From Aplysia californica (lineage: Eukaryota), in contig NW_004797505.1 of assembly GCF_000002075.1 (NCBI RefSeq), positions 702,309-760,471 of the forward strand: a stretch of 58,163 nt of DNA, given 5' to 3'. The notes under the pieces were generated by a model. That model saw nothing but the letters and a program-made list of their open reading frames with translations, did not search any database and was not told where the DNA came from. Positions 38,517-50,120 of this stretch are shown piece after piece; positions within the stretch are counted from its first letter, which is position 1; each line of letters opens with the position of its first letter. A program made the position numbers and the translations under genes.

Positions 38517-40246
38517 TAAAAATAATGCCTGAACATTGTTATTTTATAGACTGTCGTTATTCTCATCCAGGTTGAAAATAAAAATATAATATTATTCTCA
38601 CCCGGTCTGAGAATGCAGTGGATTCCGGGTGTTGAGAACGGGTAGGCCTACATGTTGGGTAATAGGATGATAGAAAATAATTTGTGAAAACTATAACTAG
38701 AGAGTACCCAGGGCTCCCCTTTTCAGGCCAACTTAAGAGGTTCCTTCACCCTTCTGTTTACTATTTGAAGGGGTATTTAAGCCCTTGCTTTAGAGACTTA
38801 CAGGATAAAAGTCAATATCTCATAATTTTAAAGTAATTACAAGATTTTTTGCTTTGCAAACATTTAACTCACACGCTCATTCACACAGACACACATAGAA
38901 TGACCATGACTATGGTTGAATGCTAACGATTTTAATTAACTTGAGAAATAAATGAGTAATATTGACTAGAATTAGAGTTTTGTCCTTTTGCAGGGAGGAA
39001 AAGTGGTGGTGGTGGTGGTTGAGCAGTTGGGTCTATCTATCAAAAATAAAATAAAGTTGGCAAACCAAATGGGGTCAACTCCACTATAATACTCCAAGAA
39101 AAATAGACCTGTCACTCTATGAAATCTAAAAGTCGAGATCTCTGTGGGGAAAAAAATTGGGACTTGGTGAAAAAAATCGGGATCAATGACAAATCACCTA
39201 GGTCACTGCCAAGCTAACTTTAAAAAATTCCAGGGGTGTCCAATATTATATCCTGTATATTCCCTCTGCGTGGTGTATGTGTGTGTGGTGTATGTGTGTG
39301 TGGTGTATGTGTGTGTGTGTGAGTACGCGCGTGCCTGTGTGTGTTTTATCTTTTTTTAAAATCCTGAAGTATCATGTCAAGGTCTCCTAGGCCAAGTGTT
39401 TTACACACCCCTTACCCCCCACCTCCCCCCCCCTCGAATAAGTTCCGAAAGACGCTTCAACCAGTGTGCATGAACTTAAATTGACCCCGTCAGCAACGGT
39501 CCCCGACACACGTGGAACTCACACGCCGAAGTCATGTCACATGGTGTGAACGAGCGATTGAAACAGTTTTACTGATGACACTTGATGAGGGGCCTGACTA
39601 ACCAAAACTCGGACAAAGCATGTTTTGGTGAAAGTAGATTTTGAGAATGTCTTTAGTCGGAATGCCAAATCAATACCACTTCCAATCCATTATAGTTGAA
39701 ATAACACGTTTGACAACTTTTGGTGAGTCAACTACTAAATTCGACATAGACATTTTGGAAAATATTTCTCCAAGTTTCTGCTGACAAAAAGTTTGACGAG
39801 TGCTTCCCACGACAGAAAAGAAGGCAAGAGTAAGATTTTAGAAAAATACGGCGCAACAGGCGGAACAAAAAATTAAACAAAAAAATCAGGGTACACGCAA
39901 TCAAAATCGTGAAAATCGGGATGCTTGAGATTTAGGGCAGGGATGAGTGGCAGGTTTTGGAAAATAAACTGATTCATTATTCTTCAGAGCCATCCCAGGG
40001 TTCACATTCCAGTCTTTCCACACTTTCGATGGCGGACAATTCATATTTACTAGTGTGTTAAAGCAGGATGGGGGTAATCTCATGGCAGGGGTAAACTCAA
40101 GGGACGACACCGGCAAATGTGAGCAACCAGAATGTGGGCGGAGCTTCTGTGCTGAAGCAAGCCTGTGTTGCCGGAAAATGCGCGCAGCTGATAAGTAGGT
40201 TGACTAGTCGACTTCTTCTGACACAGAAGGGGACTGTGGTGCATGT

Positions 40247-42057
40247 CTGCCGTCGTAAGGGAAAACGATGAATGGTCCTGCGCAGGTAGCGAGGCAAATT
40301 TTTTAGGAGAGGCAAAAATTGTTTTCACTTTATAACTCATCTATTTTTCACTTTTTAAAGCTGTAATTCACCAGATATCTGATTGAGGTGTTCATAAAGC
40401 AGTTTCTAAAGTTTGAATGGTTTAGGTTAAAAAGTAGCAAACTTATTCGACATTCATCGTTCTCCCTTACATTGCGCACCCGCAGGTGAGCCTTGCGATG
40501 TAAGCGAAAATGACGAATGGTACGGTTCGTCGTTCTCTTTTACACTCGTGAACGTTTATGGGTGTAGGCGATGGTCAGTTGTGACGCATTATTGACAATA
40601 ATGACTGTGTTGTGGTTGCTACAAATAAAAATAAGATGTATACAAACTAGTTATTATACGTGTAAAGTTAGGTGTTTGTTATATCCCAACTGTAACTCGG
40701 TAAACGTCCTTCGTTTCCCTTCCTCGCTTGGTTAAATGCTACACAGTCAGTGGACAAATGAGATGTGCACACATTTTCAACAGCTTGATTTAAAACTGTC
40801 CCATTCGGAGCCAAAGTTTGGTCTCCATATTATCTCTCTATTGTATTCTCTTCAGAAGAGTTTTACTTTTATTTTCGCAAATTGCAAAATGTTCCCTGCA
40901 CGACCAAAGGGATCAACAATTTTACAATGTCAATAATACGATCAGATCATTGCAAGGTCAAACTTTCACGTAAGAAATGTAACAATCTGACAAGACTGTT
41001 TCACAAACGCTTTCAGGAGAGGTAATGCGACGCTCTGTATTTAATAAAGGATTCAGTTGATCGGATCGGAAAACATACCACAAAGTAAAGATCGACAAGG
41101 ACACTTTGAATCTGCAAGACATTATTAGACTCGATCGTAACGTCCATCAAATCATAAAAAATCGTAAAGCAAGACTAAGTGTCGCCACAATACGTCCACT
41201 TTTTAAGTTGGACAAAGAAATTTACTCTCATAACGCAGTGTCATTAATTGCTTGGTAATTCTATAATGATGTCGACCAGTGACACGTGCTAGACAAATTG
41301 CAGCACTATAACCATCGTTGGGATTTTGGATGTCAAATGACTGGACAGCAAACTAACATGACGTTAGTCTGTGAACATCTGGCGGACACTAATATGCAGT
41401 GCTAATAAATTTCTCCCTAAATACTTTTTTGACCCTCCCATCCCCACCCCTTTCCCNNNNNNNNNNNNNNNNNNNNNNNNNNNNNNNNNNNNNNNNNNNN
41501 NNNNNNNNNNNNNNNNNNNNNNNNNNNNNNNNNNNNNNNNNNNNNNNNNNNNNNNNCCCTGTTCCCATCCGTTTTCCCCTCTCTCCCGCCTGCTCTTGTC
41601 AATTCACACCTTCAGCATAGGCCTAATACGTGAAGACAGACAGAAAGAAACACTAAGAGATACATTCTTATAAAGTTGGTCAATTCTACTCTGGGGGAGG
41701 GGGTGGTGGTGTGTTTGTTTGCCAAAAAAAACTAGTATGTTTGTACTGACGCAACAGTGACCAATTGTCATTCGTCGCCCATGCCGAATTTGCCCAAACG
41801 GCAGAGACCAGGGGACAATGCCGAACGAGCAGTGATCCTTGACCGATCGACCATTCGTCATTCTCCCTTACACTGAGCTCTGGCTCGGAGCTCGCCAGTG
41901 TACGGGAAAACGACGAACTCTCAATTACGCAACAACGGATTAGGATATGACCAAAAAATTTACACCAAAAGATGCAGAATTAAATACTCTATGAAATATA
42001 TAAACATAACAAAATCGAGAAATTTTGACCATTCGTCGTTTTCCCTTACGACGGCAG
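40247..42057. mobile_element. Non-autonomous TIR element with 4-bp TSD (Sola-like?)
   Basis: ~32-bp TIR CTGCCGTCGTAAGGGAAAACGA(T/C)GAATGGTC; ATGT on both sides (40243-40246, 42058-42061); internal copies of the TIR motif near 40450-40545 and 41850-41920. Confidence 0.75.
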
Positions 42058-42594
42058 ATGTGTGTGGGTGTGTTTTCAAATCATTTACTCAGCATTGGGA
42101 TAGAGAAGGGGGGAAAGGATGCTTGCCAGACACACACCACCTACTTTTTAAAGCGTATGCAAACCCTTGAAATGAAATTGTAAAGAGTAAAGCTCACGCA
42201 CAACCTAAACTTAAAGGGGGTAATCTGCAGGTTTAATGTGTAATATACGCACATTTGTGCGTAGAGGGGAGCCCTGGTGACCGTTCATGACCTGCCTCCG
42301 AGCGCTGGCTGATTTTTTTAGGTCCCCACAGGGAATGTTATTGTTTCATTTATTTTAAATCTTGAGAGTATGCTCACATATCTTCACCAAAACCCTAGAC
42401 AGGTGTTTATATGTTCTAAATTCAGAAAGAAATTCCCTTGCGAGAGTAGTGTATGTTTTTAAAAATAATAGCCTTAACTGAAAGCTGTTTAATGAAATAA
42501 TGTTAGTAGTATGTCATTGTAATGTTAGAATTGGATAAACAGAATAACTATGTTATCCCTAACGGAACCCACAAAATTGACCCTAGCCTAGGCT

Positions 42595-42845
42595 TATTTT
42601 TTTCTTAATTTTGATTGGCTAAACCATTCAAGAGTAAAATTTTCCATTAGGCCTACGGAACCAATAATAACCATAAATATTTTTTTTCTTAATTTTGATT
42701 GGTTAAACCATTCAAGAGTAAAATTTTCCATTAGGCCTACGGAACCAATAATAACCATAAATATTTTTTTTCTTAATTTTGATTGGTTAAACCATTCAAG
42801 GGTAAAATTTTCCATTAGGCCTATGGAACCAATAATAACCATAAA
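42595..42845. repeat. 84-bp tandem repeat, 3 copies
   Basis: Unit contains TTAATTTTGATTGG.TAAACCATTCAAG..TTAGGCCTA.GGAACCAATAATAACCATAAA. Confidence 0.9.
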
Positions 42846-43107
42846 AGGTGACGCTTTATTTGCTCAAAAGATAAGGTTTTCCCCCGAATCAACAATAGTT
42901 GCTTGAGAGCTGGCCCGCCCGTGAGCGATTTTAGTCACCCTGCGCGCGCTCAGTGGAGAGAGAGAGGGAGACTAGTTTTGTCGCCTGGAGCGCTCAGTGA
43001 CAGGGGGGCCAGATATTCTACATATCGCGGAAACCTTTCAGGATGGTGACCCAGTGGTCAGGAAGTCGTCTTCTAGAAAGTAGATTCTGTATCTCGGGAA
43101 AAAGTGG

Positions 43108-43328
43108 GCTGTCTCAAGAGACAGAATGTATAACTGGGCTGTCTCAAGGAGACAGAATGGTCAACTGTCTCAAGGAGATAGAATGGTCAACTGTCTCAAG
43201 GAGACAGAATGGTCAACTGTCTCAAGGAGACAGAATGGTCAACTGTCCCAAGGAGATGGAATGGTCAACTGTCTCAAGGAGATAGAATGGTCAACAGGGC
43301 TGTCTCAAGAGATAGAATGGTCAACTGG
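43108..43328. repeat. 26-bp minisatellite upstream of exon 2 (repeated at ~44415-44610)
   Basis: Unit CTGTCTCAAGGAGACAGAATGGTCAA. Confidence 0.9.
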
Positions 43329-43425
43329 GCAGAAAGATGTCCTACCACAGGGTTCAGTGATCTGAGCGCAGACTTGGGGTTTGTTTTCGTGTGTGATCTC
43401 TGGAGTTTTGTTTTTCCTTGCCCAG

Positions 43426-43559
43426 GTTCCGTCCGGTGAATGTGAAAGAAATGCTGCATACTGTGCTGGGGGAGAAGTTGACGGGGAAGACGTACAGCTC
43501 CGAGGACACGACGGCCTGGACCAAGGAGATCTCTGAGACCATCAGGGACCGGTTGAAAG
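43426..43559 (+). CDS. TCTEX1D2: TCTEX1D2 exon 2 (copy A)
   Basis: ccttgcccag|G..AAAG|gtcagc; 134 nt, phase 2/1; FRPVNVKEMLHTVLGEKLTGKTYS..WTKEISETIRDRLK. Confidence 0.85.
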
Positions 43560-44706
43560 GTCAGCCAAGTGTTGTCTGGTCCAGCGAGAAACTCTTTAGG
43601 AAACATTTGAGACGGCACACGTCGGTTTTTTGTTCATGTATAACAAAGGGTGCAGTATTTTGGGGTGTTATTCCTTAATCCCTGATTTTTCCTCCATATC
43701 TCTTTGTAAATGTACGTCAGCCCCAACGAGGTTGCAAACAGTCCAAAATCACTTTCAACGAGGTTGCGATAACCAAATAAAAGCATTTAGCGGCCCCAAA
43801 AGCGAAGAATTTTTCTCCTTTCTCTCCATCTCATGCGAAGCATAAGGCCCATCCTCGATTCCTAACATATTGTATTGCTAGATCTAGTGTACCTCCTAAT
43901 AATGGCCCCAAAGCCGAGAGGATGGACGAGGGTTAGCCTACAGTAGAGATGGGAGGGGGTGGGTNNNNNNNNNNNNNNNNNNNNNNNNNNNNNNNNNNNN
44001 NNNNNNNNNNNNNNNNNNNNNNNNNNNNNNNNNNNNNNNNNNNNNNNNNNNNNNNNNNNNNNNNTAAATATTTTTTTTCTTAATTTTGATTGGTTAAACC
44101 ATTCAAGAGTAAAATTTTCCATTAGGCCTACGGAAGCAATAATAACCATAAAAGGTGACGCTTTATTTGTTCAAAAGATAAGGTTTTCCCCCGAATCAAC
44201 AATAGTTGCTTGAGAGCTGGCCCGCCCGTGAGCGATTTTAGTCACCTTGCGCGCGCTCAGTGGAGTGAGAGAGGGAGACTAGTTTTGTCGCCTGGAGCGC
44301 TCAGTGACAGGGGGGCCAGATATTCTGCATATCGCGGAAACCTTTCAAGATGGTGACCCAGTGGTCAGGAAGTCGTCTACTAGAAAGTAGATTCTGTATC
44401 TCGGGAAAAAGTGGGCTGTCTCAAGAGACAGAATGTATAACTGGGCTGTCTCAAGGAGATGGAATGGTCAACTGTCTCAAGGAGATAGAATGGTCAACTG
44501 TTTCAAGGAGATGGAATGGTCAACTGTTTCAAGGAGATGGAATGGTCTACTGTCTCAAGGAGATAGAATGGTCAACAGGGCTGTCTCAAGAGATAGAATG
44601 GTCAACTGGGCAGAAAGACGTCCTACCACAGGGTTCAGTGATCTGAGCGCAGACTTGGGGTTTATTTTCGTGTGTGACCTCTGGAGTTTTGTTTTTCCTT
44701 GCGCAG

Positions 44707-44840
44707 GTTCCGTCCGGTGAATGTGAAAGAAATGCTGCATACTGTGCTGGGGGAGAAGTTGACGGGGAAGACGTACAGCTCCGAGGACACGACGGCCTGG
44801 ACCAAGGAGATCTCCGAGACCATCAGGGACCGGTTGAAAG
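44707..44840 (+). CDS. TCTEX1D2: TCTEX1D2 exon 2 (copy B; probable second haplotype or tandem duplicate)
   Basis: Same peptide as copy A, one synonymous change (TCT/TCC), intact splice sites. Confidence 0.7.
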
Positions 44841-45377
44841 GTCAGCCAAGTGTTGTCTGGTCCAGCGGGAAACTCTTTAGGAAACATTTGAGACGGCACA
44901 CGTCGGTTTTTTGTTCATGTATAACAAAGGGTGCAGTATTTTGGGGGGTTATTCCTTAATCCCTGATTTTTCCTCCATATCTCTTTGTAAATGTACGTCA
45001 GCCCCAACGAGGTTGCAAACAGACCGAAATCGCTTTCAACGAGGTCGCGATAACCAAATAAAAGCATTTAGCGGCCCCAAAAGCGAAGAATTTTTCTCCT
45101 TTGTCTCCCATCTCTGCGAAGCTTAAGGCCCCATCCTCGATTCCTAACATATTGTATTGCTAGATCTAGTGTACCTCCTAATAATGGCCCCAAAGCCGAG
45201 AGGATGGACGAGGGTTAGCCTACAGTAGAGATGGGAGGGGGTGGGTGGGAACACAATGCGGGCTGTGTGAAATTGGATTAACTCTGGAACGAGTAGGTCT
45301 AGATCAAGACCTTTATTTTTTTTCCAATTTTCTTTTCTTCCCTGATCAGAAAATCCAAGCTCCTGCCTTTACTTTTA

Positions 45378-46171
45378 CAGTGGAATCCTGTTATAACGAG
45401 AGGGAGGGACCGGTGCGAAATGTCCATTATAGCAGGATTCTCGTTATAAGGGATCCAGTAATAAATTCAAGGGAAATAGTAAAATAGGCCTAATCTATGA
45501 GTTTGGTGTTCTGTTTATTCCTTATTGTATTTCCCCTGATGATGATTTTGTTCAACATAATCTCTAGGTCTTACTTGATCTAAATTCGAATCAGGTTTCT
45601 TTCTCTAGCACTAGCAATGTTGACAGCTCGGCGTTGGCGATCAGAGAGAAGGGGCTCTGGCTCTAGGCTAACTCGCCCTCTGTGTTGTCCCCCACCCCAC
45701 CACACCCTGTGCTACGTTGTGTCTGCTTGCGCACGTCACACATTCGCTCCATCTATCACAGCATTGTGACCTCTCCATCCCGCACCAGAAAAGTGAGAGG
45801 CACAGTATGCCTAGATAATCTAGACTGGGCTGGCCTATCATGCGATGCGTTCTGCTTGTCTGCGCATTCCACACCCTCCCCACTCATTCGCTCCGGCCTT
45901 CATTGTTGGTTTGCGTTGGCTCTCCCATTCTTTGTTTCGCTGGATCACCAACAACTTTCTCTACTGGCGAGGTTATATGTTTAATTTGTCTGTGCGCTGT
46001 GCACAGCAGCAGCAATATTCCGTTATAACCAACTCACGTGACTGTCTGATTGCGCAATAGCAGTATTTTATTTAAAAAGATAAAGGAGGGGGGGAAAAAT
46101 GGGGTTTTAGAATAGTGGCTTTATAACGGACTTCTCGTTGTTTCAGGACTTGTTATAAGTGGACTCCACTG
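45378..46171. mobile_element. Tc1/mariner(pogo)-type MITE
   Basis: TA|CAGTGGAATCCTGTTATAACGAG ... CTTGTTATAAGTGGACTCCACTG|TA; internal GTTATAA repeats. Confidence 0.8.
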
Positions 46172-46594
46172 TAGTAGATCTAGGCCTAGATGTGAGAGAA
46201 GTGTTCTGGAAAAAAAATTTTTAACAATGCAGAAATGACGGCGAGAACACTGCTCAAACACGTGCACACTGATGTTGTTTGAAAATTTCGTCATCAGGGG
46301 GAACAACTGTTTAAATTACTGGTATTGGTACATTGTTTAATATAATTACTTGTCTCCTTTCTTTTCTTTAGCCTTGGTCACATTCAACGAGAAGTCGGAT
46401 CCAACGAGGACAACAAGCCGGTCCCGGCAACCTCGATGAATGCGACAGCCACTGTATTGTAATTGTTTAGTCCACAAAACTTGGAAGAAATAGATGAAGA
46501 AAATTGGATGATGTGTCCGGAGTGATCCACAGATGGATTTTTTTTGGGGGGGGGCACTCAATACACACACATGCAGTCATGGTTGAGTTCTTCC

Positions 46595-46965
46595 CTGAGT
46601 CCCTCAGTCATCACTAAGTCATTGACCGAGTCGTAGCCAAGTCCTTGAGTTGTCACCAAGTCCTTGACCGAGTCATAGCCGAGTCCGTCAGTCGTCACTA
46701 AGTCGTTGACCGAGTCATAGCCGAGTCCTTGAGTCGTCAGCAAGTTGTTGACCAAGTCAAAGTCAAGTCCTTGAGTTGTCGCTATGTCAGTGACTGAGTC
46801 ATTGCCGAGTCCCTTAGTCGTCACTAAGTCATTGACCAAGTCATAGCCGAGTCCTTGAGTCATCACCAAGTCGTTGACCGAGTCATAGCAGAGTCCTTGA
46901 GTAATCAAAAAGTCGTGGACCGAGTCATATCAGAGTCCTTGAGTCGTCAGCGAGTCGTTGACCGA
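46595..46965. repeat. 42-bp minisatellite, about 9 copies, ending just before the exon 3 acceptor
   Basis: Unit TTGACCGAGTCATAGCCGAGTCCTTGAGTCGTCACTAAGTCG. Confidence 0.9.
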
Positions 46966-46984
46966 TGGTTTCTTCTCTCCCCAG

Positions 46985-47054
46985 ACATGGGCCACGACAG
47001 GTACAAGTTTGTCGTACAGGTCGTGATCGGGGAGCAGCGGGGGGAGGGCGTCAA
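46985..47054 (+). CDS. TCTEX1D2: TCTEX1D2 exon 3
   Basis: ctctccccag|AC..AA|gtaagt; 70 nt, phase 1/2; DMGHDRYKFVVQVVIGEQRGEGVK (Tctex-1 signature). Confidence 0.92.
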
Positions 47055-47728
47055 GTAAGTCCAAACTAGTGGTGTGTGTCTTGTCAAGTAACAAACTTGT
47101 GGTGCGTGTCTTGTCAAGTAACAAACTTGTGGTGTGTGTCTTGTCAAGCAATAAACTTGTGGTGCGTGTCTTGTCAAGTAACAAACTTGTGGTGTGTGTC
47201 TTGTCAAGCAATAAACTTGTGGTGCGTGTCTTGTCAAGTAACAAACTTGTGGTGTGTCTTGTCAAGTAAGTCCAAACTTGTGGTGTGTGTCTTGTCAAGT
47301 AATAAACTTGTGGTGTGTGTCTTGTCAAGTAAGTCCAAACTTGTGGTGTGTGTCTTGTCAAGTAATAAACTTGTGGTGTGTGTCTTGCCAAGTAAGTCCA
47401 AACTTGTGGTGTGTCTTGTCAAGTAACAAACTTGTGGTGTGTCTTGTCAAGTAAGTCCAAACTTGTGGTGTGTGTCTTGTCAAGTAATAAACTTGTGGTG
47501 TGTGTCTTGTCAAGTAAGTCCAAACTTGTGGTGTGTGTCTTGTCAAGTAAGTCCAAACTTGTGGTGCATGTCTTGTCAAGTAACAAAGTTGTGGTGTGTG
47601 TCTTGTCAAGTAATAAACTTGTGGTGTGTGTCTTGCCAAGTAAGTCCAAACTTGTGGTGTGTCTTGTCAAGTAACAAACTTGTGGTGTGTCTTGTCAAGT
47701 AAGTCCAAACTTGTGGTATGTCTTGTCA
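47050..47728. repeat. 28-32-bp minisatellite beginning at the exon 3 donor
   Basis: Unit GTCAAGTAAGTCCAAACTTGTGGTGTGTGTCTT and shorter variants. Confidence 0.92.
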
Positions 47729-48561
47729 GTCCGCCAATAGAATTAACATTTGACATATTCCAGCAGTGTAGCTTATCTATAGGTGTACATGTGGGGGGAC
47801 CATCTACATGTGTACAGGNNNNNNNNNNNNNNNNNNNNNNNNNNNNNNNNNNNNNNNNNNNNNNNNNNNNNNNNNNNNNNNNNNNNNNNNNNNNNNNNNN
47901 NNNNNNNNNNNNNNNNNNNNNNNNNNNNNNNNNNNNNNNNNNNNNNNNNNNNNNNNNNNNNNNNNNNNNNNNNNNNNNNNNNNNNNNNNNNNNNNNNNNN
48001 NNNNNNNNNNNNNNNNNNNNNNNNNNNNNNNNNNNNNNNNNNNNNNNNNNNNNNNNNNNNNNNNNNNNNNNNNNNNNNNNNNNNNNNNNNNNNNNNNNNN
48101 NNNNNNNNNNNNNNNNNNNNNNNNNNNNNNNNNNNNNNNNNNNNNNNNNNNNNNNNNNNNNNNNNNNNNNNNNNNNNNNNNNNNNNNNNNNNNNNNNNNN
48201 NNNNNNNNNNNNNNNNNNNNNNNNNNNNNNNNNNNNNNNNNNNNNNNNNNNNNNNNNNNNNNNNNNNNNNNNNNNNNNNNNNNNNNNNNNNNNNNNNNNN
48301 NNNNNNNNNNNNNNNNNNNNNNNNNNNNNNNNNNNNNNNNNNNNNNNNNNNNNNNNNNNNNNNNNNNNNNNNNNNNNNNNNNNNNNNNNNNNNNNNNNNN
48401 NNNNNNNNNNNNNNNNNNNNNNNNNNNNNNNNNNNNNNNNNNNNNNNNNNNNNNNNNNNNNNNNNNNNNNNNNNNNNNNNNNNNNNNNNNNNNNNNNNNN
48501 NNNNNNNNNNNNNNNNNNNNNNNNNNNNNNNNNNNNNNNNNNNNNNNNNNNNCCCCCCCAG

Positions 48562-48625
48562 GATGTGCTGTCGCTGTTTCTGGGACTCCGACACAGACAA
48601 CTACGCTCAAGACATCTTCATGAAT
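48562..48625 (+). CDS. TCTEX1D2: TCTEX1D2 exon 4
   Basis: cccccag|G..AAT|gtaagt; 64 nt, phase 2/0; MCCRCFWDSDTDNYAQDIFMN. Confidence 0.92.
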
Positions 48626-48775
48626 GTAAGTCTTTTCTTTACGGACATCTTCATGAATGTAAGTCTTTTCCTTACAGACATCTTCATGAATGTAAGTCTT
48701 TTCCTTACGGACATCTTCATGAATGTAAGTCTTTTCCTCACCCCCATATTCATGAATGTAAATGTTTTCCTCATT
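48611..48775. repeat. 33-bp minisatellite containing the exon 4 end and donor, about 5 copies
   Basis: Unit GACATCTTCATGAATGTAAGTCTTTTCCTTACG. Confidence 0.92.
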
Positions 48776-49528
48776 CGTCACTTCTTCACAATCTCCTCAT
48801 TTTCCCAGTGTGTTATCCCCCTTTCCTCGAGGTCGTTCTTTTGCTCTAATGTGTCGACACAACCAGGCACAGTAAACATAATAAAACGACGAATGGACGC
48901 ACTGCACTAATGTAAATACCAAAGGAAGTCACTCGATGATAGCTGAATGGTTGATGAACCTCTGTGAATTTTTACAGCATGTTTCTTGGGCTGCCAAGGT
49001 TTTTTTTAACCACTACGGCTTCAGCGCTCTAAACTGGTGCGGTACTTGAGGGTTTTTCCCTCTATGAGCCTTCGGTACTGTAAGTATTAGGTCATATGAG
49101 TGTGCGAGACATATTAAACATTTTCAATTTGATAGAAATTAACTTTGAATTTTGCTCGGATGGCGGCCAAAGCCTACTCTTAAGGATCTTTATCGTGTGC
49201 ACCTTGCATACGGGATCTCCGAGATTTTTCTTTCACCCTTATCCGAGAAAGAAAAAGTCAGGAGTCCAGAGGATGGGGAAAAGAGTAGAAGGGGGTGGGG
49301 GGGGGAGCAGAAAGTGGAGATGAAAGCAGACGACAGAACATTGCTAGAGAGCAGGAAAGGAGGTGAAAGGAGACGACTTCAGAGAAAGAAGAAAATTTTC
49401 CGTCGCTGTCAGGTTTAGAACGCGGGATCTATTGAATGAGAGGCGAACACCTTATCCTCTAGACTATGAGAGCCCTGTTTTGTGTTTTGTCTGTCTGTAC
49501 GTACACGTCTGACTTTTGACCTCCACAG

Positions 49529-49576
49529 GACTCGTTATTCTGCGTAGCTGCAGCGTACGGCGTGTTCAAATATTGA
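49529..49576 (+). CDS. TCTEX1D2: TCTEX1D2 exon 5 (last)
   Basis: ctccacag|GAC; DSLFCVAAAYGVFKY*; the five exons total 450 nt = 149 aa + stop. Confidence 0.9.
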   Translation, partial: DSLFCVAAAYGVFKY

Positions 49577-50120
49577 GGCAGAGACGAGGGGAGCTACGAG
49601 GCATCGACGCATAGACGTAGAGGGGGCTACAGGGAGAAACATACCCACGGAGAAACAGACATACAAGACATGACCTGATGGACAACGTACGAAAGATTTA
49701 GTGTGATGAAGACATCACCTGATTATACAACGGACGTGACGACTGGATGGGAACACCGTGGAAGCCCCCGCCAAACTTGCTGTGGCAATGTCAGATAAAT
49801 GTTTGAAGATTTCTCATCTCATCACTGTCAGAAAGTGCTGCAAGAATTGGGGTGGGGAGGAGCCACTGATGGGAGGGGTGTGATTCAACAGCTTTGATTT
49901 TGTTTTGGTTATCCAGTAACTTTTTCAGGATGGGGGGGGGGGAGAAAATTGCACTCTTTTGATGAATGATTTTTCTTTTCGTGAATTGTTCATAGAAAAA
50001 TGTATATAGATCTATATGTGTGAGAAAATGTGAGAGTGAGTGGAAGTGACTGCGCCATCTCTGGAAAATGCTGGTTTGAGAGTGTTGTGTCTTGGTGTGG
50101 CACATTTCTTAACTTTTTGT

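Larger units (their letters stand above)
42758..45246. repeat. ~1.2-kb direct duplication across a 100-N gap (42758-43964 vs 44065-45246) containing TCTEX1D2 exon 2
   Basis: Near-identical copies with scattered SNPs and a one-unit difference in a 26-bp minisatellite. Confidence 0.9.

Noticed and set aside
46558-46908. ORF with a 14-aa repeat (TQGLGYDSVNDLVT) on the minus strand
   Set aside because: A consequence of a 42-bp intronic minisatellite; no independent gene signals.
49400-49475. tRNA-like A/B boxes on the minus strand (also ~9610-9682 and ~50620-50700)
   Set aside because: No complete cloverleaf; probably decayed SINE heads rather than tRNA genes.
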